From an uncultured Gammaproteobacteria bacterium (GTDB lineage: Bacteria > Patescibacteriota > Patescibacteriia > Magasanikbacterales > GWA2-37-8): DNA of 64,000 bases. This document shows positions 39,370 to 49,305 of this stretch, one piece after another. The stretch lies in the NCBI GenBank assembly GCA_964355175.1, contig CAYHBZ010000001.1:445-64444 (forward strand), given 5' to 3'. Under the pieces are notes generated by a model. That model searched no databases and had not been told where the DNA came from. It saw only the letters and a list, made by a program, of their open reading frames with translations. Each line of letters begins with the position of its first letter. Position 1 is the stretch's first letter. A program made the position numbers and the translations under genes.

Positions 39370-40050
39370 ATGATTACTATCGAAGGAGTTAGTAAAATTT
39401 ATTCCGCTTCTTCAGTCGCTTTGCGCGATGTGAGTTTGCATATCAAAGCCGGAGAATTTGTTTCGGTGATAGGACAGAGCGGTAGTGGCAAAACCACGCT
39501 TACCCGCCTGCTTATCGCTGAAGAAAATCCCACCAAAGGAAAAATAAAAATCGGGGATTGGGATATTTCCAAAATTAAAACTGATGAAATTCCATTTTTA
39601 CGCCGTCAGATTGGTATGATTTTTCAGGACTATAAATTATTGCCACAAAGAACTGTTTTTGAAAATGTAGCGTTTGCTCTAGAAGTGGCTGGAGAAAAAA
39701 ATAAACGCATTCGTCATGTGGTACCACAACTTTTGGAGATAGTGGGATTGTCTGATCGCAAAGAGCGTTATCCATTTCAATTATCCGGTGGTGAACAACA
39801 GCGCGTGGCTATCGCCAGATCTTTGGCCCATCGTCCAAAAATTATTGTGGCCGATGAGCCAACCGGGAATTTGGACACCATTAATACCGAAGAGATAATC
39901 CAGATCTTGAAAAAAATAAATGAATTTGGCACGACTATTTTGTTGCTTACCCACAATCGTGAAGTGGTGAATGCTCTGCGTCGTCGTGTGATTACTCTTC
40001 ATAATGGTCAAATCGCTTTGGATCAGGAAGCCGGTAAATATATATTGTAA
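39370..40050 (+). CDS. ftsE: Cell division ATP-binding protein FtsE
   Basis: GQSGSGKTT, LRRQIGMIFQDYKLL, LSGGEQQRVAIAR; precedes ftsX. Confidence 0.93.
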   Translation: MITIEGVSKIYSASSVALRDVSLHIKAGEFVSVIGQSGSGKTTLTRLLIAEENPTKGKIKIGDWDISKIKTDEIPFLRRQIGMIFQDYKLLPQRTVFENVAFALEVAGEKNKRIRHVVPQLLEIVGLSDRKERYPFQLSGGEQQRVAIARSLAHRPKIIVADEPTGNLDTINTEEIIQILKKINEFGTTILLLTHNREVVNALRRRVITLHNGQIALDQEAGKYIL

Positions 40051-40055
40051 TTAAT

Positions 40056-40964
40056 ATGGTAAATTTGCAACGCGTTACGAAGTTTGCTTTTCAAGATATT
40101 GCCCGTAATTTTGGTCTGTCGTTCATGACAGTACTTATTTTGATATTAATGCTTTTGTCGGTCAATACTCTATGGTCCGTAAAAATTATCACCAAAGAAG
40201 CGGTCGGGCTTATCAAAGATCAAGTAAATGTTTCAATATATTTCGCGGCTAATGCCGGAGAAAAAAATGTTGGTGAGATTGAAAAATATGTTACCGCTTT
40301 TCCTGAGGTAATAAATGTGCAGACCCAAACCGCGGATCAAGTTTTGGCTTCGTTCAAACAGCGCCATGCTTTGAGTAAAGATGTTTTGGCGGCCTTGGAT
40401 GAACTCAAAGCCAATCCGTTTGGTCCTACTATGGTAATAAAAACTCGCGAACCACAGGATTACAAAAAAATAATTCAGGCGCTAAGTGTACCCGAATACA
40501 AAGATTTAATTGAGGCCAAGAGTTTTGATGAACACGAGAGTGCGATTGAAAAAATTCAAAATATTACCAATCGTACCGAAAATATCGTTGCTGGTTTGGT
40601 GGTTTTATTTGCGGCCATTTCTTTCTTGATAGTGTTTAATACCGTGCGCGCGGCTATTCATACTCAGAGAGTGGAGATTGGTATCAAGCGCTTGGTGGGG
40701 GCTAGCAGCTGGTTTATCCGTGGTCCCTATCTGGTAGAATCTTTTATTTTTTCCGTATTGAGTTTGCTCGGCACTATTGCCGTGATTTATATCACTTTAC
40801 GCTTTGTTGATCCCTATCTTTCGGTGGTTTTCCCCAGTGGTTTCTCCTTGACAAATTACTATAATTCGCATATCCTTTACGTGTTTGGGTTGCAGTTTTT
40901 GAGCGTTTTGGTTCTCACTGTAATTTCCAGTGCGTTGGCTATGCGTCGTCAACTCAAAGTGTAA
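40056..40964 (+). CDS. ftsX: Cell division permease FtsX
   Basis: NPFGP, FNTVR..EIGIKRLVGASSWFIRGPYLVE. Confidence 0.93.
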   Translation: MVNLQRVTKFAFQDIARNFGLSFMTVLILILMLLSVNTLWSVKIITKEAVGLIKDQVNVSIYFAANAGEKNVGEIEKYVTAFPEVINVQTQTADQVLASFKQRHALSKDVLAALDELKANPFGPTMVIKTREPQDYKKIIQALSVPEYKDLIEAKSFDEHESAIEKIQNITNRTENIVAGLVVLFAAISFLIVFNTVRAAIHTQRVEIGIKRLVGASSWFIRGPYLVESFIFSVLSLLGTIAVIYITLRFVDPYLSVVFPSGFSLTNYYNSHILYVFGLQFLSVLVLTVISSALAMRRQLKV

Positions 40965-40975
40965 CCAGCCTATAA

Positions 40976-41046
40976 TCCGAGGTCGTCTAAAGGTAGGACA
41001 ACAGCCTTTGAAGCTGTCTATCTTGGTTCGATTCCAAGCCTCGGAA
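40976..41046 (+). tRNA. tRNA-Gln(TTG)
   Basis: Acceptor TCCGAGG/CCTCGGA, anticodon arm ACAGC-CTTTGAA-GCTGT. Confidence 0.93.
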
Positions 41047-41124
41047 CAAATTTAGAGTCTTTGTTGGCTCTTTTTTTATTTGTGTGGATAAGTAATGTTT
41101 GACCGATTTTCTCAGTAGGAGTAC

Positions 41125-41155
41125 TATATACCTATACCTGGGGTGTAGGTATATA
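41125..41155. promoter_or_regulatory. CsoR operator
   Basis: TATATACCTATACC-tgg-GGTGTAGGTATATA palindrome with TACC/GGTA arms and G/C core upstream of csoR. Confidence 0.75.
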
Positions 41156-41181
41156 AAATAACTAATTTAAACATAATAAAT

Positions 41182-41457
41182 ATGATCGACGAGTATAAAT
41201 CAAAGATTAAATTAAATCTCAAAAAGGCTCAGGGTCAGATGAAGCTGGTGGATAAAATGGTAGATGACAATCGCTATTGTATTGATGTTGCCCAGCAGAT
41301 AAACGCGGCGATTGGTTTGCTTAAAAAAATTAATAACAATATTTTAGAAAATCATTTGCAGAGCTGTGGTACCCACAAGCTTGGTTCCAAAAACCAAAAA
41401 GAAAAAGATGAGTTTATCCAAGAATTAATTAAAACTTTTAATTTAGCCGGTAAATAA
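41182..41457 (+). CDS. csoR: CsoR/RcnR family metal-sensing repressor
   Basis: KAQGQ..RYCIDVAQQI..ENHLQSC (Cys-His-Cys ligands). Confidence 0.9.
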   Translation: MIDEYKSKIKLNLKKAQGQMKLVDKMVDDNRYCIDVAQQINAAIGLLKKINNNILENHLQSCGTHKLGSKNQKEKDEFIQELIKTFNLAGK

Positions 41458-41462
41458 TTTTT

Positions 41463-42785
41463 ATGCCAAAGTTAAATCTTTCTATCGCGGGAATGCATTG
41501 CGCGTCTTGTGAAATTTTAATAGGGGACAACCTTAAAGAAATATCCGGTGTTACCAAAGCCGATGTGAATTACAAAACCGGCAAAGCGGAAGTGTATTAT
41601 GAGGGCAATACTCCTAAAAAAGAAGATCTGGCTCGGGCTGTAGAAGAAGCCGGTTATAAAATAGGAGAAAAACAAAAAAGTGGTTGGCTGTCCAAGGATT
41701 TTAATGATTACTGGAATTTATTTTATGGTGTCCTGGTTATTTTGGCCTTGTACACCTTGGCAAAAATTTTTGGCTTAAATAACTTTAATGTAAATACCAT
41801 TCAGGATGGTTTAGGTGTGGTATTTTTGGTTGGTTTGGTGGCCGGTGTTTCTACTTGTATGGCGCTTATTGGCGGTTTGGTCCTCAGTTTGTCGGCCCGT
41901 CATAGCGAGCTTCATCCCGAGGCCACGACTATAGAAAAATTTCGTCCTCATTTATATTTTAATCTTGGTCGTATTGGCGGCTACGCTTTGTTAGGCGGTG
42001 TTATTGGTTTTGTTGGTTCCGCTTTACAGTTTTCTGCGAATTTGCTCGGCATCATTACTATCCTAGTGAGCTTCGTGATGATTTTTTTGGGATTAAAATT
42101 AGTCGGTGTTTTTCCATCTTTGCAGGATAAAAATTTCGCCTTACCAAAATCAATTGCCAAATTTTTTGGTATAAAAAGTGAAGCAAAAGAATATAGCCAT
42201 AAAGCCGCCATACTTTCCGGCGCGGCCACTTTCTTTTTACCTTGTGGTTTTACTCAGGCGATGCAACTTTATGCCGTGAGTTCCGGTAGTTTTGGGCAAG
42301 GCGCGGCTATCATGGGGCTGTTTGCTTTGGGCACCTCACTTGGTCTGCTTTCTATCGGCGGCCTATCTTCGGTATTCAAAGGCAGAAAAGCAAAAATATT
42401 TTTTGCTACCGCCGGTGTCGCCGTGATTATGTTTGGTTGGTTTAATATCGGCAACGCTTTGGCCTTGGTTGGTGGTGGCGGCTCAAACAACAACTCAGAC
42501 CAGACCGTAGTCAGCGATAAAGAGCAGGTGGTATATATGACCCAAAATGTGGACGGTTATAGTCCAAATATACTTAGAGTCAAAAAAGGTATACCGGTAA
42601 AATGGGTAATAAATTCTAAAAGTACTTTTTCTTGCGCCAGCTATATCGTGATGCGTCAATTTAAAATCGGCAAGCCCCTGCAACTGGGAGAAAATATTTT
42701 CAAATTTACTCCCACTCAAACCGGTGAAATTCCATTCTCATGTTCTATGGGAATGTATCGCGGCAAATTTATTGTAGAAAATTAA
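41463..42785 (+). CDS. HMA + DsbD_2/TauE-like TM domain + cupredoxin protein
   Basis: [31 protein letters not shown]. Confidence 0.9.
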   Translation: MPKLNLSIAGMHCASCEILIGDNLKEISGVTKADVNYKTGKAEVYYEGNTPKKEDLARAVEEAGYKIGEKQKSGWLSKDFNDYWNLFYGVLVILALYTLAKIFGLNNFNVNTIQDGLGVVFLVGLVAGVSTCMALIGGLVLSLSARHSELHPEATTIEKFRPHLYFNLGRIGGYALLGGVIGFVGSALQFSANLLGIITILVSFVMIFLGLKLVGVFPSLQDKNFALPKSIAKFFGIKSEAKEYSHKAAILSGAATFFLPCGFTQAMQLYAVSSGSFGQGAAIMGLFALGTSLGLLSIGGLSSVFKGRKAKIFFATAGVAVIMFGWFNIGNALALVGGGGSNNNSDQTVVSDKEQVVYMTQNVDGYSPNILRVKKGIPVKWVINSKSTFSCASYIVMRQFKIGKPLQLGENIFKFTPTQTGEIPFSCSMGMYRGKFIVEN

Positions 42786-42796
42786 TCAATTATTAT

Positions 42797-45070
42797 ATGT
42801 CGAACAATACTTCTCTAAAAGTGGATATCACCGGCATGCACTGCGCTTCTTGCGCCAAAATTATTGAAAAAAGTTTGTCAAAAGTAGATGGCGTAGTTTC
42901 CGCGGAAGTGAATTATGGTACCGAGACCGCCAAAGTGACTTTTGATCCAGCCAAAACTAATCTGCAAAATCTCTCCAATACGGTGGCACCACTTGGTTAT
43001 TCTTTCAATTTGCCAAATGAAATGGAAAATGATTCCAAGATGGATCACAAAAAACAAAACAAGTTGAAAGAAATAACGGAGATGAAAAATAAAGTTCTTT
43101 CAATCTTGCCTTTGACTATAATTAGTATTTTGCTCATGACCGCGGATATTTTGGCTCAGGTAAATTTTTTGAAGGAAATGCCGTTGTTTTGGAAAGAATT
43201 TTTTCACCATCTATTGCCGATTTTTGCGACCTACGCGCTGTTTGTAGTGGGCAAGCCATATTTGGTCGGTGTTTATAATTTTTTGCGCCACGGAAAAGCT
43301 AATATGGATACCTTAATAGGCATTGGTACTCTGGCCGCTTTTATTTATAGTTTTGTAGTCACCGCTTTTGAAGAAAGCTTGCGCCCGTTTTTAAATGTGG
43401 AGCATACTTACTATGATGTGACCATTGTGGTAGTGGCCTTCATTACTCTAGGAAAATACCTGGAAGCCAAATCCAAATTAAAAACCGGAGATGCGATAGA
43501 AAAATTATTGAGCCTACAAGCGAAAACCGCTTTGATAATGGTAGATGGCCAAGAAAAAGAAGTATCAATTTCTGATGTTAAAAAAGGTGATACCGTTTTA
43601 ATAAAACCGGGAACAAAAATTCCGGTGGATGGTAAAATAATTTCCGGACAATCGTTTGTGGACGAATCCATGATTAGCGGTGAGCCGGTTCCGGTAGAAA
43701 AACAAGCGGGCGATATGGTGACTTCCGGTACTATGAATACTACTGGCTCGTTTACTTTTTCAGCCACCAAAGTAGGCTCCGAAACGGTTTTGTCCAATAT
43801 TATTAAAATGGTAGAAAATGCTCAAGGCAGTAAAGCTCCAATCCAGGCCCTAGCCGACAAAATTTCCGGTGTGTTTGTGCCGGTAGTAATAGTGTTATCA
43901 TTTTTGGCATTGGCTATTTGGCTGATTGTCGGTACTCGCTACCTGGGGCTGAACCAGGCCCTGTCATATGGCTTGGTATCATTTGTCGGTATTTTGGTTA
44001 TCGCTTGTCCTTGCGCACTAGGATTGGCTACACCGACCGCTATCGTGGTAGGTGTTGGCAAAGGTGCGAAAGAAGGTATATTAATAAAAGACGCGGCCAC
44101 TTTGCAAAAGTTACATGAAGTGACTATGGTAGTAATGGATAAAACCGGCACAATCACCAAAGGCAAACCGGAATTGATTTCTATTACACCACAATCCTCA
44201 ATGGATAAAAAAGAAATAATTTCCATCTTGGCCTCTTTGGAAAATTTATCCGAACATCCTATCGCTCATGCTATCGCGTCTTATGCCAAAGAAAATAAAA
44301 TAGATTTTTTAAAAGTAGACGCGTTTGAAATTATCAAAGGACAAGGCTTAAAAGGAAAAATTAATGGCCAAGAATATTTTGCTGGTAATTCTAAATTAAT
44401 AAACAGTCTAGAACTGACTTTCGACGAAGATTTGATCAGTCGCGAAACCAAAGAAGGTAAGACACCAATTATCCTAGCGCAAAAAGATAAAGTGCTGGGA
44501 ATAATCATGGTAGCCGATGTCCTAAAACCAGAATCCAAAGAAGAAATAAAACGACTACACGATATGGGAATCTCGGTGGTAATGTTAACCGGAGATAATA
44601 AAAATACCGCCACTTATATCGCCGCGCATGTTGGAATAGACAAAGTTTTTTCCGAGCTTTCACCAGAACAAAAATTAATTACCATTAAAGAATTCCAGTC
44701 CGAAGGTCAAATCGTGGCGATGGTAGGGGACGGTGTCAACGATGCTCCGGCTTTGGCCCAAGCGGATGTGGGTATCGCTATGTCTACCGGCACCGATGTA
44801 GCTATAGAATCCGCCGGCATCACTTTATTGCAAGGAAATATTTCCAAGCTCGTCAAAGCCATAAAATTATCCAAGCTCACCATGCGCGGTATCAAACAGA
44901 ATTTATTTTGGGCATTCTTTTACAATCTAGCTGGCATTCCTTTGGCTGGCGGCTTATTCTATCCGATCTTTGGCTGGCTTTTAAATCCGGTATTTGCCGG
45001 CTTGGCCATGGCCCTTTCCAGTGTTTCGGTAGTAGGTAATTCTCTGCGAATCAAAGCCAAGAAATTGTAA
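42797..45070 (+). CDS. copA: Cu(I)-translocating P1B-type ATPase
   Basis: [34 protein letters not shown] and MALSS motifs; ATG at 42797. Confidence 0.95.
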   Translation: MSNNTSLKVDITGMHCASCAKIIEKSLSKVDGVVSAEVNYGTETAKVTFDPAKTNLQNLSNTVAPLGYSFNLPNEMENDSKMDHKKQNKLKEITEMKNKVLSILPLTIISILLMTADILAQVNFLKEMPLFWKEFFHHLLPIFATYALFVVGKPYLVGVYNFLRHGKANMDTLIGIGTLAAFIYSFVVTAFEESLRPFLNVEHTYYDVTIVVVAFITLGKYLEAKSKLKTGDAIEKLLSLQAKTALIMVDGQEKEVSISDVKKGDTVLIKPGTKIPVDGKIISGQSFVDESMISGEPVPVEKQAGDMVTSGTMNTTGSFTFSATKVGSETVLSNIIKMVENAQGSKAPIQALADKISGVFVPVVIVLSFLALAIWLIVGTRYLGLNQALSYGLVSFVGILVIACPCALGLATPTAIVVGVGKGAKEGILIKDAATLQKLHEVTMVVMDKTGTITKGKPELISITPQSSMDKKEIISILASLENLSEHPIAHAIASYAKENKIDFLKVDAFEIIKGQGLKGKINGQEYFAGNSKLINSLELTFDEDLISRETKEGKTPIILAQKDKVLGIIMVADVLKPESKEEIKRLHDMGISVVMLTGDNKNTATYIAAHVGIDKVFSELSPEQKLITIKEFQSEGQIVAMVGDGVNDAPALAQADVGIAMSTGTDVAIESAGITLLQGNISKLVKAIKLSKLTMRGIKQNLFWAFFYNLAGIPLAGGLFYPIFGWLLNPVFAGLAMALSSVSVVGNSLRIKAKKL

Positions 45071-45131
45071 TTCGCTTGGTAAATTGGCCGAACTGTAATA
45101 AACTACAGATGTAGTTTGTAATAACAACGAT

Positions 45132-45689
45132 ATGGCTAAAATTTCGTCAGATTTCACCGACGAACAATTAGTAGCTGAAATTCGTGAAAAGGACAAAGAA
45201 TTATATAGTGAAATCATCAGACGCTATGAGACCAAACTCTCTCACTATTTGAAAAAATTCTTTAGAAACCAGGATGAACTAGAAGATGTTTTACAAGAAG
45301 TTTTTATAAAAGTTTACCGTAATCTTTACGGTTTTGATGTTGATAAAAAATTCTCTTCCTGGGTTTATCGTATCACTCACAATGAAGCGATAAATCATAT
45401 TAAAAAGAACTCCAAGAAAAATATTTCTTTGGAGGAAACAGAATGGGATATAGTGGATGAAAAATTTGATCTCAACGAACATATCGACAATAAACAAGTG
45501 CGTGAAAAGGTTTCTAGAGGGTTGTCCGAATTAAAAGAAAAATATCGCGAACCTTTAATCTTATATTATTTTGAACAAAAATCTTACGAAGAAATCAGTG
45601 AAATCTTGCGCCTGCCGCGCAGTACGGTCGGAGTACTGATTATGCGCGGAAAGGAAAGACTAAAAGAAACCTTCAAAAATTTAGTATGA
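45132..45689 (+). CDS. ECF sigma factor
   Basis: EDVLQEVFIK..FSSWVYRI, SYEEISEILRLPRSTV. Confidence 0.95.
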   Translation: MAKISSDFTDEQLVAEIREKDKELYSEIIRRYETKLSHYLKKFFRNQDELEDVLQEVFIKVYRNLYGFDVDKKFSSWVYRITHNEAINHIKKNSKKNISLEETEWDIVDEKFDLNEHIDNKQVREKVSRGLSELKEKYREPLILYYFEQKSYEEISEILRLPRSTVGVLIMRGKERLKETFKNLV

Positions 45690-46501
45690 ACGATTTAGAA
45701 AATAGAATTGAATCAAAGGTAATGGCCAATATCAAAAGCGGAAAAGTAAAATTGCGCTCCAAGTATATTTTTTTGGCCGAAAAACTAGGCTTGGGAAGTG
45801 CCGTAATTTTGAGTTTGTTGCTTTCGATTTTACTTTTTAATTTAGCGTTATTTTATTTGAAAGCTTCTGATAATCTTGGATACTTGAGTTTTGGTAGCCG
45901 TGGTTTTTTTGCTTTTCTGGAATCTTTTCCTTATCTGTTGGTAGTCAGTTTAATAATTCTTGTTTTTATCGCCGGATCATTATTCAAAAAAACCGAAATT
46001 GCGTATCAAAAACCGTTTGGTTATTTGGCGCTTGGTTTGGTTATTTTTATTCTTTTGGCTGGAGCGGCTTTGGCTTTTACCAGTATTGCCGAACAGATTG
46101 AGCGGCAGGCTTTTGAAGCGCGTTCATTTGGTTATTTCTTTAAACCATTTTTAAGACAGGGCGAGGAGGATCATCATCGTGGCCTTGTGGGTAGGATTAT
46201 CGAGGTAGGCGAGGATTGTATTATTGTTCAAACACCACAAGCACTAGAAAAATTAAAAGTAGACACTGTAAGTGATTTGGATAAAAATATTTTATTAGAA
46301 GGAAATTTCATAATGGCAATAGGACAAAGAGAAGAAGGAGATTTTGAAGTCATCAACCTGCGGGTGATAGATCCTAGAGAGATGCCGATGGTTCTTCGCG
46401 GCATTCATCACCGTTTCGGCTCAGACAATATATTCTCCGCGCGTAGGAAGTGTGGACCGGTGGTCGTATCGCCGGTATCCACTACGGTCAGCTGTCATTG
46501 A
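45686..46501 (+). CDS. Three-TM membrane protein, putative anti-sigma factor
   Basis: ATGA overlap with sigma, TM helices, C-terminal beta-rich domain. Confidence 0.65.
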   Translation: MNDLENRIESKVMANIKSGKVKLRSKYIFLAEKLGLGSAVILSLLLSILLFNLALFYLKASDNLGYLSFGSRGFFAFLESFPYLLVVSLIILVFIAGSLFKKTEIAYQKPFGYLALGLVIFILLAGAALAFTSIAEQIERQAFEARSFGYFFKPFLRQGEEDHHRGLVGRIIEVGEDCIIVQTPQALEKLKVDTVSDLDKNILLEGNFIMAIGQREEGDFEVINLRVIDPREMPMVLRGIHHRFGSDNIFSARRKCGPVVVSPVSTTVSCH

Positions 46502-46624
46502 TTAAAACAAAAATCCTCTATTAATGAGGGTTTTTTTATTTGAAATAATCCTTGGGCGGGCGCTGTACTAATATTACAAAAGGCTAGCCTAAAAAAATTA
46601 TTCACCTAACCCGTTATTTTTTTT

Positions 46625-47065
46625 ATGAAAAAAGCTTACTTTGCTATACCGGCATTAGCCGCCGTTGCTCTTTTTGGCGCCAGCGCCGCCTCCGCTTATG
46701 GCGGACCGGGCGGGCATATGTTTTTCAATGCCGATCCATCTATTATGGCTACGCGTTTTGAAGAACAGATGGCCCAACAGGCCCATCTAATTGGTACTAG
46801 CGTGGACGAAATGAAAAACGATTGGGCCGCAGGAAAAAGCCTGATTGATATCGCCAAAGAAAAAGGTTTGAGTCAGGCCGATATTCAAGCGAAAATGCAG
46901 ACCGCTCGTACGGAGCAGATGAGACAACAATTACAAAATCTCGTCACTCAAGGCAAAATCACCCAGGCGCAAGCCGACGCTCGTTTGAAATTTATTACCG
47001 ACAACCATAAAAAACACGATAAAGGTTTTGGTAAATTTAAAATGAAACACGCGAGGATCAAGTAA
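46625..47065 (+). CDS. Secreted small helical protein (YckD/Spy-like)
   Basis: Signal peptide, GKSLIDIAKEKG, GKITQAQAD motif. Confidence 0.75.
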   Translation: MKKAYFAIPALAAVALFGASAASAYGGPGGHMFFNADPSIMATRFEEQMAQQAHLIGTSVDEMKNDWAAGKSLIDIAKEKGLSQADIQAKMQTARTEQMRQQLQNLVTQGKITQAQADARLKFITDNHKKHDKGFGKFKMKHARIK

Positions 47066-47149
47066 TCAAAAATTTTAATATTTTAGCCACCCGATAATCT
47101 CCGGGTGGCTTTTATTTTAGAAAGATAAATTTTGTGATATAATATAGTC

Positions 47150-47842
47150 ATGAATAATTTGAGTATTATAAATTTTAATAATCAGGAATTCCAGTTAGAT
47201 TTATCTACGGAAGCCGACATCAGCGTAGCCGCTGAGATTTTTAAACATCGTGAATATCGCATGGCCGATGAGGCTATTAAAAATGCCGATACTATTTTGG
47301 ATGTTGGCGCCCACAAAGGTTTTTTTGCGGCCTATTGTGCGGCCTTGAATCCCAAAGCAGAAATTTTTTGTATTGAACCAGAAAAAAATAATCTTACCGC
47401 TTTAAAAAATAATAAAAAAATTAACAAGTTAAAAAATGTTACGGTGGTGGAGGGTGCGCTCAGCGATCGTACGGCCCAGGTTAACTTGGTAGTCACCACC
47501 GATTCTCATAATCACTACTTGGACGACATAGCCGAGGAAGGCGACGTCATGCAAGCCACTATGGCGTATAAATTTTCTGACCTACTGCGGGAATATAAGA
47601 TAAAATTTGTTTCTTTATTAAAAATGGACATCGAGGGAGGGGAGTATGCGGTATTTGATGGAATCGACGCTGATGATTTTTATAAAATAAAAAATATCGT
47701 GATGGAATATCATAATTTTCCAGACAGAAATTATAAAAAAATAGAGCAACAGTTGCGTGAAAATGGTTTTGGAGTTCAGGTTTTTCCTTCCAAATTTGAT
47801 AAAACAATGGGTTTTATTTTTGCTAATAATAAAAGAATATAA
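47150..47842 (+). CDS. FkbM family methyltransferase
   Basis: LDVGAHKG, IEP, LKMDIEGGEY, MEYH. Confidence 0.92.
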   Translation: MNNLSIINFNNQEFQLDLSTEADISVAAEIFKHREYRMADEAIKNADTILDVGAHKGFFAAYCAALNPKAEIFCIEPEKNNLTALKNNKKINKLKNVTVVEGALSDRTAQVNLVVTTDSHNHYLDDIAEEGDVMQATMAYKFSDLLREYKIKFVSLLKMDIEGGEYAVFDGIDADDFYKIKNIVMEYHNFPDRNYKKIEQQLRENGFGVQVFPSKFDKTMGFIFANNKRI

Positions 47843-47843
47843 T

Positions 47844-49169
47844 ATGCAAAAAGCTTGGATAGTCGCTGTCGATATGGGCTATGGTCATCAGCGCGCCGCC
47901 CACCCGTTGCGTTTTTTGTCTCCAAATGGCCATGTGATCTTAGCAAATAATTACGAAGGCATGCCCAAAAAAGACAAAGCCATTTGGGATAACTCACAAA
48001 AATTCTATGAGTTTTTTTCCCGGGCTAAAAATATTCCACTCATTGGTAATCTATTGTTTGATTTATCAATAGACAAAATGCAGAGAATTTTGCCGTTTTA
48101 TCCTCGTCGCGATCTTTCCAAAACAAATTTTCAAGTAAGTTTAAATTATAAAGCAATAAGAAAAGGTTGGGGCAAAGACCTAATAGAATATTTTAATACT
48201 CAAAAAATTCCTTTGATCACCACCTTTTTTACCGTGGCGTTTATGGCCGAGGAGCATGGATTTAAAAATGATATATATTGCGTGGTTTGTGATACAGATA
48301 TTGCGCGCACTTGGGCACCACTAAATCCTGCCAAAAGCCGAATAAAATATTTGGCACCATGCCGACGAGTAGTGGAAAGACTAAAAGAATATGGTATCAA
48401 ATCAGAAAATATTATTCTTACTGGTTTTCCATTGCCGGAAGAAAATTTAGGTACAAAAAATTTACATAAATTAAAAACCGATCTAGCTGAAAGAATAGTG
48501 AATTTGGATCCGGAGCATTTATACCGCCAAAAATATCTTGGTACGATTCGCCAATTTCTCACCGGCGTAGATCTAAAATCTCGCAATAAACACCCGCTCA
48601 CTCTCACTTTTGCGGTCGGTGGAGCTGGTGCTCAGCGTAAAATTGGTCTGCAAATTTTGAAAAGTTTACGCAAAAAATTACTGGCTCAAGAAATAAATCT
48701 AAATTTGGTAGCCGGCACCAGACGCGATGTGTTTGAATATTTTAAAAGTTATATAAATGAGCTGGGGATGAGTAAAATTTTGGGAAAAAATTTATCAATT
48801 ATTTTTTCTGTTGAAAAAGAAGATTATTTTAAACAGTTTAATAGATTATTGGTCTCTACTGATATATTGTGGACCAAACCAAGTGAATTGGTATTCTATA
48901 CCGCCCTCGGTATCCCAATTATTATTGCCGAGCCGCTAGGCTCTCAGGAAGTTTTCAACAAGACTTGGCTTAAGACAGTAGGGGCGGGGATATCCCAGCA
49001 AGATCCCGAGCTCACTCACGAATGGCTATTTGATTGGATAAATAGCGGCTGGCTGGCCGATGCGGCGATGTCTGGCTTCCTAGATGGCCGTCAGTTCGGG
49101 GTGCAGAATATTCAGGCGGTGGTTTTTGGTGGCGAGAAAGAACCTTCAAAAAGCTTCCAGTTATTATAG
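47844..49169 (+). CDS. GT-B-like protein related to diacylglycerol glycosyltransferases
   Basis: DMGYGHQRAA, TGFPL, VGGAGAQ, ILWTKPSEL..GSQE; ATG at 47844. Confidence 0.6.
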   Translation: MQKAWIVAVDMGYGHQRAAHPLRFLSPNGHVILANNYEGMPKKDKAIWDNSQKFYEFFSRAKNIPLIGNLLFDLSIDKMQRILPFYPRRDLSKTNFQVSLNYKAIRKGWGKDLIEYFNTQKIPLITTFFTVAFMAEEHGFKNDIYCVVCDTDIARTWAPLNPAKSRIKYLAPCRRVVERLKEYGIKSENIILTGFPLPEENLGTKNLHKLKTDLAERIVNLDPEHLYRQKYLGTIRQFLTGVDLKSRNKHPLTLTFAVGGAGAQRKIGLQILKSLRKKLLAQEINLNLVAGTRRDVFEYFKSYINELGMSKILGKNLSIIFSVEKEDYFKQFNRLLVSTDILWTKPSELVFYTALGIPIIIAEPLGSQEVFNKTWLKTVGAGISQQDPELTHEWLFDWINSGWLADAAMSGFLDGRQFGVQNIQAVVFGGEKEPSKSFQLL

Positions 49170-49190
49170 TTTTTTCGTCAAAATCATATA

Positions 49191-49219
49191 TTGACAATAT
49201 GGTGCTTTTTGATTATAAT
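49191..49219 (+). promoter_or_regulatory. Sigma70 promoter of tRNA-Asn
   Basis: Perfect TTGACA-17-TATAAT. Confidence 0.85.
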
Positions 49220-49233
49220 CAATGCAGTTAAAT

Positions 49234-49305
49234 TCCGAGGTAGCGCAGCGGTAGCGCAGTTGGCTGTTAACCAATTGGTCGTGGGTTCGAATCCCACCCT
49301 CGGAG
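49234..49305 (+). tRNA. tRNA-Asn(GTT), integration target
   Basis: Acceptor TCCGAGG/CCTCGGA, anticodon arm GTTGG-CTGTTAA-CCAAT, T-arm GTGGGTTCGAATCCCAC. Confidence 0.95.
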
